From positions 13,849 through 77,848 of the forward strand of contig JAYZLP010000020.1 in assembly GCA_036154155.1 (NCBI GenBank): a stretch of 64,000 nt of DNA, given 5' to 3'. Below, one piece after another: positions 9,032-17,882 of the stretch. The stretch is from Thermoplasmatota archaeon. GTDB taxonomy: Archaea; Thermoplasmatota; Poseidoniia; Poseidoniales; Thalassarchaeaceae. The notes below the pieces were generated by a model, which was not told the DNA's origin, did not search any database, and saw only the letters and a list, made by a program, of their open reading frames with translations. A program made the position numbers and the translations under genes. The stretch's first letter is position 1; the number at the start of each line of letters is the position of its first letter.

Positions 9032-10123
9032 TCACCCGTGCCTTGCCTCGAATCGTCTCATGAACGAAACCAGGGCTTCCACGCTTTCTATCGGGCATCC
9101 GTTGTACATGCTCGCCCTGATGCCTCCGACGCTCCGGTGCCCCTTCAGCCCACCTAGCCCCGATGCGGCGGCCTCCTCAAGGAATGCCGGCTCCAGATCA
9201 TGGTTTGCTAGCCTCCATGTGACGTTCATCACAGATCTTGAATCAGTATTGGCGTGAGGGACCCAGAATGGCGTCCTATCCAGCTCCTCGTAGAGAAGTG
9301 ACGCCTTCTTTCTGTTCCTCTCAATGGCCCCCTCTAGGCCCCCGTTTCTCTCGACCCATGCCATGACCCTGTCAAGGACGAAAATTCCGAATGTGTTCGG
9401 GGTGTTGAACATGGATCCCTTGGAAACGTGGGTCCTGTAGTCCAACATCGTGGGAACCCCCTCTCCAATCTTGGAAACTGCCCAGGGAGATAGGATGACT
9501 AGGGTTACCCCGCTGGGCCCCAGGTTCTTCTGCGCCCCGGCATAGACGAGGTCATGGGATGATACGTCCAAGGGGGTACCGCAGATGTCCGAGCTTGCAT
9601 CTACCACCCGTGGCTTTCCTCCGCTGTCCGGAATGTGGTGGAACTGAGTTCCAAAGAGAGTATTATTTGACGTGTAGTGCATGTAGCTCGCTTCGTCCCT
9701 AATGGTATAATCGCCATTGCTAGGGACAGAAACGAATCCGTCATCGGACCCGTCCCAAGCCGCCTCAGCATCGCCAACCCTACCTGCCTCCTTGATGGCC
9801 TTCTGAGACCAACCGCCCGTGATTAGGAAGTCCGCCTTCCCTTCATTTCCAAGCAAATTAAGGGCAGTCATGTAGAATTGTGTGGAAGCACCTCCCTGCA
9901 GGAATAGGACATGGTAATCATCAGGAACAGAGAGAACCCTTCTGACCCTCTCTTCCGCGGAGTCGATTACGTTCTGGAAGGTCCCACTTCTGTGAGAAAC
10001 CTCCAGTAGCCCAAAACCGCTGCCCGATAGGTTCGGAAGAGCCTCGGCTACTTCGGATACCACCTCGAGGGGCAGTACAGCTGGCCCCGCGCCGAAATTG
10101 TGCACCCGGCCCGCCCCGGTCAT
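9032..10123 (-). CDS. serC: Phosphoserine aminotransferase (class V aminotransferase)
   Basis: NFGAGPAVLP N-terminus; overall SerC/SerC-like architecture. Confidence 0.8.
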   Translation of the reverse strand: MTGAGRVHNFGAGPAVLPLEVVSEVAEALPNLSGSGFGLLEVSHRSGTFQNVIDSAEERVRRVLSVPDDYHVLFLQGGASTQFYMTALNLLGNEGKADFLITGGWSQKAIKEAGRVGDAEAAWDGSDDGFVSVPSNGDYTIRDEASYMHYTSNNTLFGTQFHHIPDSGGKPRVVDASSDICGTPLDVSSHDLVYAGAQKNLGPSGVTLVILSPWAVSKIGEGVPTMLDYRTHVSKGSMFNTPNTFGIFVLDRVMAWVERNGGLEGAIERNRKKASLLYEELDRTPFWVPHANTDSRSVMNVTWRLANHDLEPAFLEEAAASGLGGLKGHRSVGGIRASMYNGCPIESVEALVSFMRRFEARHG

Positions 10124-10203
10124 GCTTGGACGTACAATACCCGGTCTTTCAGCCCATCGGAGGGCACGACAGGGTTCATCTCTACTAGGCGGGACGCCGG
10201 GTC

Positions 10204-10800
10204 GTGCTGCGAATCGGGTTGGTCATGCTTCAGGGTGCAAGGCACGCCCATATTGCCTCAATAGAGGCAGCATCCTCCAACTCCAATATTCCGGTGGAGG
10301 TTCACGAGATTAGAAAGCTCTCTGACCTCCACTCCTCCGATCCACATGCGATAATCTTGCCAGGTGGCGAGTCAACCACGATGAGGCTCACTGGATTGGA
10401 TAAGTCATCCAACCTTCTACCCGGTCTTTTCCAATGGATAAGGGACAAGCCCGACCGCCCAGTACTGGGAACGTGTGCGGGAGCAATCCTTCTCTCCGAC
10501 CCCCAGGATGGGGGCCTCCCTCTAGTCGATGCTTGCATCGATCGCAATGCGTACGGCAGGCAGTACGACTCCTTCCAGGACACCCTCTACTCGCCACTTC
10601 TGGGACGCGATTTTCCCGGAGTTTTCATCAGGGCCCCGAGATTCACATCCAACGACGCGGAGATTTCAGCGATGCACGGCGACGAGGTAGTTGGCGTTAG
10701 GTCGGGCAACGTCATAGCACTCACATTCCATCCGGAGCTGTCTGGCGATCACGGATTCCACGACTGGCTCCTGGGGTCTGCGAAGGAGGCTATGGAATGA
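10204..10800 (+). CDS. pdxT: Pyridoxal 5'-phosphate synthase glutaminase subunit
   Basis: IGLVMLQGARHAHI, ILPGGESTTM, GTCAGAILL, FHPEL class I glutamine amidotransferase triad motifs of PdxT. Confidence 0.85.
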   Translation: MLRIGLVMLQGARHAHIASIEAASSNSNIPVEVHEIRKLSDLHSSDPHAIILPGGESTTMRLTGLDKSSNLLPGLFQWIRDKPDRPVLGTCAGAILLSDPQDGGLPLVDACIDRNAYGRQYDSFQDTLYSPLLGRDFPGVFIRAPRFTSNDAEISAMHGDEVVGVRSGNVIALTFHPELSGDHGFHDWLLGSAKEAME

Positions 10801-11933
10801 GCATCCTTCCTAATTTATCTGAAGTGGCAGAGGTTGCCGACCTCGCAGATTGCGAAGGCTGCATACAATGCCAGATGGGAAGCAAACTGGTTCTTTTCAT
10901 CACTGGGAACTGTCATTGGAGGTGTGACTATTGCCCTCTCTCCGAGAGTAGACGCGATATCGACTTCATGTACGCCAATGAAAGGCCTTGCGAGTCATTC
11001 GACGAGGTGATTGAGGAGGCCCGGGCCATGCGAGCAACAGGGGCTGGAATAACGGGAGGGGATCCGTTGATGGCAAGGGAGAGGTCGCTGGAGGGAATTA
11101 GGGCCCTGAAGAAGGAATTCGGCCAAGATTTCCATCTTCACATGTACACCAGCATCCCATTTCGCCCGGAGTGGGCCTCCGATTTCGCAGATGCCGGCCT
11201 CGACGAAATCCGCTTCCACTTTCTTGACCTGGAATCCGATCAATACAAGGAAACAATTGCGGCCTGCGCGACCTCTGGAATTCTAACTGGGGTAGAGTTG
11301 CCCTGCGAGCCGGATAAGGAAGATGAGCTGATGGGGATTTTGGAAGAGATGCGGGATTTTGAGATAAGCTTCTTGAATCTCAACGAGCTTGAGATTACGG
11401 TAGGAAATCACGACAATATGGAGCTTAGGGGATTCAACCTGTCAACGGAAATCACTGCAGGGGCCGAGGGCTCTTCTGAGCTCGCACAATCACTCAGGGA
11501 CAGGGTAATGGCGGCTTCAATTGGCGCAAGAGACCCCCTAGACGGAAAGGTCAGGGAGCCGTACGGATTTCACCTGAAATACTGCACTTCGGTCTACAAA
11601 GACGCAGGCCAGATGAGGAGGAGGTTCATGCGAAGAGGCGAGGCCTCTATCGCCCCCCACGAGACACTAAGCGAAGATGCGACATTGGTTTTCGGAGTAA
11701 TTTACTCGTCGTTTGAGGACCACCGTGGATGGATGGAGGAGATTTCCGAGTTCACCGGCCTCCCAACCAGGTTCCTCCATTACGACCCTGAAGAGAGCAG
11801 GATAGAGATGCCAATTTCAGTCGCCGAGGAAATCTCAGAAGATGTAGAAGCCCCAGTTGCAGTAATCGAGGTCACCCCAACTTTCGATCGTACCGAGGTA
11901 TCACTAGTGTGGCTCAACGAACTCAGGCCCTGA
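10797..11933 (+). CDS. Radical SAM protein (archaeal COG2108-like) with additional N-terminal CxxCxxC cluster
   Basis: CHWRCDYC (CxxxCxxC) radical-SAM motif preceded by CEGCIQC. 4-nt overlap with the pdxT stop. Confidence 0.7.
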   Translation: MSILPNLSEVAEVADLADCEGCIQCQMGSKLVLFITGNCHWRCDYCPLSESRRDIDFMYANERPCESFDEVIEEARAMRATGAGITGGDPLMARERSLEGIRALKKEFGQDFHLHMYTSIPFRPEWASDFADAGLDEIRFHFLDLESDQYKETIAACATSGILTGVELPCEPDKEDELMGILEEMRDFEISFLNLNELEITVGNHDNMELRGFNLSTEITAGAEGSSELAQSLRDRVMAASIGARDPLDGKVREPYGFHLKYCTSVYKDAGQMRRRFMRRGEASIAPHETLSEDATLVFGVIYSSFEDHRGWMEEISEFTGLPTRFLHYDPEESRIEMPISVAEEISEDVEAPVAVIEVTPTFDRTEVSLVWLNELRP

Positions 11934-11981
11934 TTTCCTGCCACGTTGGGTTGATATGGCCCCAGCCCTCGCTGTTCCATA

Positions 11982-13826
11982 GTGCCAGTCAATTCAGCCG
12001 AACCGGAGGACAACTCGGTAAACCCCTACAGGAGGCTATCAGCCTCCCAGATGGTTACTTGGCAGGCATGCCCCCGGCTCTGGTACTACAACTATATTCC
12101 AAAATTAAGGGGCCCTCTGCCTCCCCAGATAATCAGGGGAAATGCAGCAGAATCATGTATTTCCAAAGTATTGAGGGACTCTCCCTCAATGGTACCGGCA
12201 AATTCCGACAACCTCCTGAAGTCCCCCATTCTTGATGATGGCAGTCCCGCCTATCAGTTCAGCGAACTATGGCCCGCACCTTCGCTCCTTCCTCTGGATA
12301 GTTCCGATTGGCCATCCACAAGAGGATCCCTCGAGGAATGGGCACTCGCTCGCGCGGAGGCCCACTTCCAGTCATCATGGGATTCAGCGGTAATTGACTG
12401 GGAGTCAATCTCGAACAGGACCGGGTCCTCAGACGGGGCGAATGAGCAAGAATGTAGGGAAATGGTGGCCAATGGAATTCGAATGCACATCGACCAGGTC
12501 GAGGCTTGCATGAAGGCCGGAGGGGGGCCGCACGCAGAAGAGTGGAGATCGGGCAAGCATAGGCACAATTGGCCTGCTCCTGATGGATTCCCGCGAGTGT
12601 GGGAAGAGCCGCATCCCTGTGCACAGGAAACCGGCTCCGAGATTTCATGGTGTGAGGCTTGGGAGTTGGCCCGCCCTTGGTTCGTTGATCCCGATGCGGG
12701 GTCATTTACACAGACCACATCACACCCCGAAGGTTGGTTCCAAGGGGAATACGACTTGGTTTACAGGTGGACTGGCAAACCTTCCGTAATTGACATCAAG
12801 GCCTCCAAGGGTAAGGGGGACAGGTCGGGGGGATATTTGGAGCAACTCAGGCTATACGCTTGGCTGTGGTGGGAAACCCACGACAGAACAGAGGAAGTAG
12901 AGTCACTTGGAATTTGGTATCTCGGCCCGGGCTCGGTCAAGGACGTGCCATTGCCGACCTCGGAGGAACTTCACCAGTATGGCAGTGACTTGAAGGAAGT
13001 GTACGAACTAATTCACGCCAAAGACCCCCAAATCGAGGATTGCCCCGCAGAACCCGCCCCACTTCGTTACTTCGATGAGGGCGGAAAGCCTTCCAAGAAC
13101 CCAGTTGATTCGAATCCCCTTGCAAGATGCATCAATTGTGACGTTAGGGGGGTCTGTGAGAATGGAAATCATGACCTAGACCTGCCGCTTGAGGACAGGA
13201 TTGAGAGGTTCGGGCATGCATGGCCGATTACTCATATGGGGGAGCTGAAGACTAGGGTAGATGCGACTGGAATAGTTTCCGAGCTCAGGGGTCCGCGCCT
13301 CCAGGAGGACGACACCATCGAGCTTTCTTTCAAGCTACTGGACGGATATGACAGGGCCAAGGTTAGACCCTCTCGATATGGCGCTCCAAGCAGGGTTACG
13401 AGGTCAATCTCAAACGACTGCAGGGTAATTGTGGAGAATGCAATACCCTCAGTTTGGAGAGGGGAGATGATTCTCGAACTGGATGAAAAATCTTCGATCT
13501 CCCTTGCAGGAGATGATGATTCCGAACCCATTGTGGAAATAGAGACTAGAACCAGCATAGTTGGCAGGATCTGGTCCGTCGACGCATTCCCTACTGGAGC
13601 CGGGGTCTCAAGATGGTCTGTAACCCTCCTCGACAAGTCAGGATCTGCAGGGGCCGTCGCATTCAAACAGTTCATTCCAGTAACCGCCGCTAGCATGGGC
13701 AGGGGTGACGAGATAGCTATCCTGAACGGGGAGGTGGGAGAGTTCAATGGACGGCCACAGGTCAGAATTGGGCCTAATACCAGAGTTGTGCCACTCCGTT
13801 CCTCTGACGATTTGCCTGATTATTGA
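11982..13826 (+). CDS. Large Cas4/RecB-family PD-(D/E)xK nuclease with 4-Cys Fe-S cluster and extended N- and C-terminal regions
   Basis: N-terminal Cys in QACPRLWYYNY. Core motifs GEYDLV, VIDIKAS and QLRLY (QxxxY). C-terminal CINCDVRGVC (Cx2Cx5C). No cas genes or array nearby. Confidence 0.65.
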   Translation: MPVNSAEPEDNSVNPYRRLSASQMVTWQACPRLWYYNYIPKLRGPLPPQIIRGNAAESCISKVLRDSPSMVPANSDNLLKSPILDDGSPAYQFSELWPAPSLLPLDSSDWPSTRGSLEEWALARAEAHFQSSWDSAVIDWESISNRTGSSDGANEQECREMVANGIRMHIDQVEACMKAGGGPHAEEWRSGKHRHNWPAPDGFPRVWEEPHPCAQETGSEISWCEAWELARPWFVDPDAGSFTQTTSHPEGWFQGEYDLVYRWTGKPSVIDIKASKGKGDRSGGYLEQLRLYAWLWWETHDRTEEVESLGIWYLGPGSVKDVPLPTSEELHQYGSDLKEVYELIHAKDPQIEDCPAEPAPLRYFDEGGKPSKNPVDSNPLARCINCDVRGVCENGNHDLDLPLEDRIERFGHAWPITHMGELKTRVDATGIVSELRGPRLQEDDTIELSFKLLDGYDRAKVRPSRYGAPSRVTRSISNDCRVIVENAIPSVWRGEMILELDEKSSISLAGDDDSEPIVEIETRTSIVGRIWSVDAFPTGAGVSRWSVTLLDKSGSAGAVAFKQFIPVTAASMGRGDEIAILNGEVGEFNGRPQVRIGPNTRVVPLRSSDDLPDY

Positions 13827-13912
13827 TGGCGCCGAGAGAGGGATTTGAACCCCCGCGTCCAATGGACAGTGGATTTCGAATCCACCGCAATACCGGGCTA
13901 TGCGATCTCGGC
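13827..13912 (-). tRNA. tRNA-Ser (anticodon CGA), long variable arm, CCA encoded
   Basis: Reverse complement gccgaga..ggtgga-ttCGAaa-tccac-tgtccattggacgc-ggggg-ttcaaat-ccctc-tctcggc-g-cca. Confidence 0.8.
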
Positions 13913-13967
13913 AGCAGACGCGCCACCTGCGAATCAGACATAAGGCTGACTGGCCTGCCGACAACTG

Positions 13968-14168
13968 ATGAGGGTCGAGGTCATGCACTCGGAACAAGTA
14001 CTGGTCGTCGAATCAGAGGGCCCCCTGTCAGTTTCAGAGATCCTAAGAACTCTGGAAATACCCCCTTCCACGGTTCTCGCAGTTTTCGAAGATACGATAG
14101 TCCCGCACACATCCGTAATCAAGGATGATATCAGATTGGATTTGGTAATAGTTTCATCTGGGGGATAA
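13968..14168 (+). CDS. ThiS/MoaD-like small ubiquitin-like sulfur carrier / SAMP candidate (66 aa, C-terminal GG)
   Basis: ..LAVFEDTIVPHTSVIKDDIRLDLVIVSSGG* matches the ThiS pattern (VNGEIVPRS..L.DGD.IEIV..VGGG), and the stop immediately follows the GG. Confidence 0.55.
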   Translation: MRVEVMHSEQVLVVESEGPLSVSEILRTLEIPPSTVLAVFEDTIVPHTSVIKDDIRLDLVIVSSGG

Positions 14169-14873
14169 TGAACCGTCAAACACGGCCCCATGCTCCACCC
14201 TCAATGGCGTATCGCCGACACAGAAAATCTCGGCCGCACCCCCTACCAGTGTCGCCAATGTGCCATCCCACCTCAGGAAAGATCCCTCGAATAGCCCAAT
14301 CACTGGCGTCTGGTTGTGCTGGTGGAACTCAGCAATCCTCCTTGCACGTGTCTCTCCGAAGTGTTGTACAATCTCTTCACCTTCACTCCATAGTATGCCA
14401 CCGGGGTGGTAATGCGGATTAATTTGGAATGGCACTATTCCAAAGCCCTCGAATGACGATGGCAATACCACGGGCATGTCATTCGTTGTCATCATTGTCG
14501 GACATGCCACGTTCGAACCAGCACTTATGCCTACATAGGGGACGCCCTCAGAAACACGGGACTTGATTGCCTCAATGAGCCCCTTCTCATGTAGGTCCCT
14601 GATTAGCAGGAAAGAGTTACCACCCCCAACGTAGATTCCCTTTGCTTCCTTTATTGCCTCTAATTCATCTTCTGCTTCGTGAATTCCAACTAGGTCGAAG
14701 GGGGCACTCGCCGTGAATCTCCTTGCGCCTTCCAGGTATGACTCATGGTCATTTGATGCGTAGGGGATGAAGAGAACCTCGGAAATACCGCTGAAGGCAT
14801 CGCCCATCTCATCCATGCAAAGCTTCCTCCGCTCGTCGGTGCCTATCCCCCCACTACCAAGTAGAACTCTCAT
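14154..14873 (-). CDS. pepE: Peptidase E / S51 family dipeptidase
   Basis: YVGGGNSF and GISAGS catalytic-serine motifs of the S51 family. Confidence 0.75.
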   Translation of the reverse strand: MRVLLGSGGIGTDERRKLCMDEMGDAFSGISEVLFIPYASNDHESYLEGARRFTASAPFDLVGIHEAEDELEAIKEAKGIYVGGGNSFLLIRDLHEKGLIEAIKSRVSEGVPYVGISAGSNVACPTMMTTNDMPVVLPSSFEGFGIVPFQINPHYHPGGILWSEGEEIVQHFGETRARRIAEFHQHNQTPVIGLFEGSFLRWDGTLATLVGGAAEIFCVGDTPLRVEHGAVFDGSLSPR

Positions 14874-14885
14874 CCAATCACCCGA

Positions 14886-15650
14886 TTACGCGTAGAAGTC
14901 CCTATGGGAGTCATTATCCTCGACTCCCATGGCCTCTTCCAATGTCCCACCCACTTCGTATGTCTCGAGTAGCTTCCGGGCAGTCTCCTCAGTCGAGTCT
15001 AGGTCAAGATCAAGCTTCAGGTCGAATGCCTCTTCGATCCAGGAAGCGAGCCTGTTCGCTGCTAGTACATCCGCACTAGCGCCCACTGTATCCGCAACCA
15101 GGCCTATGGAGCGTACCCCAACAATGGGGGAAAGTGAGACCAAGAGACCTGCAATCCCAATCATGCCTGATTCGGGCTGTTCACGACTCACTGGGATGTC
15201 ATCAGCCTCAAGTGCGGAACGTACGGCTTCGTCCGCGCAAATTACGTGAATGCCCCTGCTTTCAGCCTCTGTAGCTAGGCCGGCTAGGACTAGTACGTGA
15301 GGCGTGGAGCCCTCCTTGGCCAATGAAAGAATGGCCTCAGCTACCTCGTGCTGCCCACCTGGGGTCATGGGCTGCAGCTCCCCTCCGATGGTAATAACGG
15401 TCTTTCCGTCTGGGAGAAAAACTGAGCTAATCTCAAGTCGTGGGGGCCTCAAAAGACCATCCTCGTCCAGAGTGGAGTGAGGGGGTAGGTCGTGATTAAG
15501 TATCCATCCAAGGGTCCTAGAGGGGTGCTTGGAAATTAACGAGTCAACAAGGACCTTTCCGACGTTCCCCACTCCCGGCACTGCCTCCAAAATTGCAGAG
15601 TGCTCAGGAAGGCCATCGCCGACAAGCCAGTATACAGTTGTCTTGCTCAA
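14886..15650 (-). CDS. Proteasome assembly chaperone PAC2/PbaB-like protein with C-terminal HbYX motif
   Basis: PAC2-family (COG1938-like) architecture. The protein ends ..RDFYA, a hydrophobic-Tyr-X proteasome-docking tail. Confidence 0.6.
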   Translation of the reverse strand: MSKTTVYWLVGDGLPEHSAILEAVPGVGNVGKVLVDSLISKHPSRTLGWILNHDLPPHSTLDEDGLLRPPRLEISSVFLPDGKTVITIGGELQPMTPGGQHEVAEAILSLAKEGSTPHVLVLAGLATEAESRGIHVICADEAVRSALEADDIPVSREQPESGMIGIAGLLVSLSPIVGVRSIGLVADTVGASADVLAANRLASWIEEAFDLKLDLDLDSTEETARKLLETYEVGGTLEEAMGVEDNDSHRDFYA

Positions 15651-15868
15651 TCCTCTTCCTCCGAATCTCCCTTTCCAGCAGAAGGCAAAGAGTCAACCCA
15701 TTCATCACTGCCTGCATCCTGCCTTTGTCTCCGCCTGGCGCCCTGCGGGTCTTCAGGCGAATACTTGAGGGGGGAAGGGGGAGTCATAGAGGATCCACAT
15801 TTCTCGCATTTTGGACCGAGTCCGTATGTTTCGCACGCCTCGCAATATTGCAATTTCGATCTTACCAT
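15647..15868 (-). CDS. nop10: H/ACA ribonucleoprotein component Nop10 with acidic C-terminal tail
   Basis: CEACETYGLGPKCEKCG zinc ribbon plus the LKYSPEDP motif; conserved position downstream of aIF2-alpha. Confidence 0.8.
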   Translation of the reverse strand: MVRSKLQYCEACETYGLGPKCEKCGSSMTPPSPLKYSPEDPQGARRRQRQDAGSDEWVDSLPSAGKGDSEEED

Positions 15869-15931
15869 GCCATCCCCGATTCGACCTGCCCTGCGGAAGG
15901 GTCAATGAACCATACGGGTGTAATCCGACGC

Positions 15932-16723
15932 TCAAGCCCGTTCTATCGATAGTGAGCCGTCAACCGAAGACATCCTCTTCTCAACAGCGCTTGTAGCTGC
16001 CTCCCACACCGATTCAGCTGCTTGGTAGTCAGGTGCCCTGATGTCCACGCGATAATGTGGCGCTCCATCGTAGTGGCAAGTGAGGGTGACGTCCTCCACT
16101 CCCTCAGCGCAAGCTTCTGCCTCTAATAGGGCATCCCTGATTGCATAGACGCCCTCTTCGCCCCACACTTGTATGTCCAATGTCCCCCTGATTTCTACAA
16201 ATGGGGGAACTATATTTTCGACAGCAAGGCTGGTAACAACTCCGATCCAGTCCCCTTCAAACCCAGAATCTGAGAGCGCTGTCTCACTTATTGCACACTC
16301 TTCAAGAGCGCCGTAGAGCGTACCGAAAGTCTCTGTCATTTCACTAGAAATGGTCACTGTCTCGTCTTCGCCCCACCCGATTCTTTCTGAGGCCACTCTC
16401 ATTATCTGATTAGCCCGCTCCTCATTTTTCCAGGACTGGACAGTCTCCCTTCTGCGCTCTTCTGAGACGCTTTTTAGTGACAACTCCACACGCTTCCTGT
16501 CTTTCTTGACCTGAATTACCTTCGCCACTACTCTCTGCCCCTCTCTGACATGGGCTCTGATGTTCTTCACCCATCCAGCTGCAATCTCTCCAACGAATAC
16601 GAAACCCTCCTGGCCGTCGTATCCGTCAAGGGTGAGGTATGCACCATTCTGTTTGATGTCCTTGACTGTGCAAATTAGAAGATCCCCTTCTTCGGGCCAA
16701 TCCCCTTCTCCTTCTACTGCCAA
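15932..16723 (-). CDS. eif2a: Translation initiation factor 2 alpha subunit (aIF2-alpha)
   Basis: N-terminal S1 domain (EGDLLICTVKDIKQNGAYLTL) and the helical and alpha-beta domains of e/aIF2-alpha. Confidence 0.85.
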   Translation of the reverse strand: MAVEGEGDWPEEGDLLICTVKDIKQNGAYLTLDGYDGQEGFVFVGEIAAGWVKNIRAHVREGQRVVAKVIQVKKDRKRVELSLKSVSEERRRETVQSWKNEERANQIMRVASERIGWGEDETVTISSEMTETFGTLYGALEECAISETALSDSGFEGDWIGVVTSLAVENIVPPFVEIRGTLDIQVWGEEGVYAIRDALLEAEACAEGVEDVTLTCHYDGAPHYRVDIRAPDYQAAESVWEAATSAVEKRMSSVDGSLSIERA

Positions 16724-16736
16724 TTAGATGCCCCCT

Positions 16737-16907
16737 TCACTCGAGGACATCCACTATGGTGCTTCCCGACAGGTCAGCCTTCCCTCCGAGAGGGCTGGCT
16801 AGTGTAGCACCGCAAACTGAGCAAGATATCGCTGTGGAGGCCCTCTCGAAAATTTTGGTTTCCGCGCCGCAGTCGCGGCAACTAACCTTCAGGAATCTAC
16901 CAGCCAC
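16737..16907 (-). CDS. rps27e: Ribosomal protein S27e (GTG start, not in supplied ORF track)
   Basis: Minus-strand translation VAGRFLKVSCRDCGAETKIFERASTAISCSVCGATLASPLGGKADLSGSTIVDVLE*; C4 zinc ribbon CxxC..CxxC; in frame just after the L44e stop. Confidence 0.8.
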   Translation of the reverse strand: MAGRFLKVSCRDCGAETKIFERASTAISCSVCGATLASPLGGKADLSGSTIVDVLE

Positions 16908-16916
16908 TATTTCACC

Positions 16917-17198
16917 TCACTTATCCACCAATTCGAACTTCCTTGCCCTCTTCCCTCTTGGCGAATGTGCCTTTCCAGTTTCAGTGCACCTGTAAACCAA
17001 GTTAACTCTCTTAGTAGGCTTCTCACCAGAAGGCTTTGGACGGGGGAACCCCCTGTATCCGGATGTAACCTTTCTGAATCTCCTCTGCCCCCACTTCAAC
17101 TCGCTAGCACGCCTTTTCTTGACACGTTCTACGGTGTGCTCCGTGTGCTTGCCAGCAGAGGGGCTGTATCGCATTACCTTCCTCGGCATCTTGACCAT
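16917..17198 (-). CDS. rpl44e: Ribosomal protein L44e
   Basis: MVKMPRKVMRY..KHTEHTVERVKKRRASELKWGQRRFRKVTSGYRG..KRVNLVYRC matches L44e (the zinc-ribbon cysteines are partly lost). Confidence 0.8.
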   Translation of the reverse strand: MVKMPRKVMRYSPSAGKHTEHTVERVKKRRASELKWGQRRFRKVTSGYRGFPRPKPSGEKPTKRVNLVYRCTETGKAHSPRGKRARKFELVDK

Positions 17199-17342
17199 AT
17201 GTTGCACCTCTATGCAGTGTAGCGAGGCGGGCCACCGATGGCCCGTTTATGAAGTCTATCGAACCATATCGGTACCCGCTCTGCCGTCAATGAGCCCCCT
17301 TTCAAGAAAAAACAACTTGAATCAAGCCCTCCTCGCAGCCCT

Positions 17343-17882
17343 GTGACCGAGTGGTGGCTGCAGTGGTGGATCGGCCTTTTCCTCCTAGTCTGCGGTTTCT
17401 CAATGGGCAGGATGGGGCCAGCATTCTCCAGGTCTAAAATCGGGTACCCACTAGCTCTTTTCGGCCTAGCTCTGGCCTTTTTCTCATCAGAAGGCCTTGA
17501 AGCCAACGAGCTAATCGCTTCGTCAACACTCAATCAAACCCTGTATTGGGCCGTACCGGGCCTGTTAGGATGCTACACATTGTCCAAGGGCGCGCCAATA
17601 TACAATGTCACCAAGCCTGCTTACCTATTCGCAGGATGGTCAATTGTTGCACTATCTTGGTACATCATGCTAACGTATTCAGAACCATTTAGTCACGACA
17701 TATTTTCCATCGTAGTTGCCATCCTTGGCCTATTAGCCATAGCCGTAATCCATGTCATGGTAGTTAGGGTAGTAGAGACGCGTCCACAAAGTGATGAGAC
17801 CGTAGAGCCTCTTTCTGAAAGTGAGAGGGCCTATGTCACAACAGTTCTATCTAGGAATCTTGGGAAAATGGGGGATGAGTAG
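17343..17882 (+). CDS. Hypothetical membrane protein (4-5 TM)
   Basis: Hydrophobic segments. An overlapping antisense ORF (17210..17533) is basic and low-complexity, so this strand is preferred. Confidence 0.4.
   Translation: MTEWWLQWWIGLFLLVCGFSMGRMGPAFSRSKIGYPLALFGLALAFFSSEGLEANELIASSTLNQTLYWAVPGLLGCYTLSKGAPIYNVTKPAYLFAGWSIVALSWYIMLTYSEPFSHDIFSIVVAILGLLAIAVIHVMVVRVVETRPQSDETVEPLSESERAYVTTVLSRNLGKMGDE

Noticed and set aside
12254-12718. Two overlapping minus-strand ORFs (154 and 148 aa)
   Set aside because: Antisense to the Cas4-like nuclease gene; low-complexity
13823-14128. 101-aa plus-strand ORF
   Set aside because: Runs through the tRNA-Ser gene and the ThiS-like ORF in another frame; the Arg-rich translation looks spurious
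16756-16995. 79-aa plus-strand ORF
   Set aside because: Antisense to the S27e gene (GTG start) found by manual translation
17210-17533. 107-aa basic minus-strand ORF upstream of L44e
   Set aside because: Overlaps the membrane-protein ORF on the plus strand. R/K/P-rich with no motif, although a real small basic protein cannot be fully excluded.
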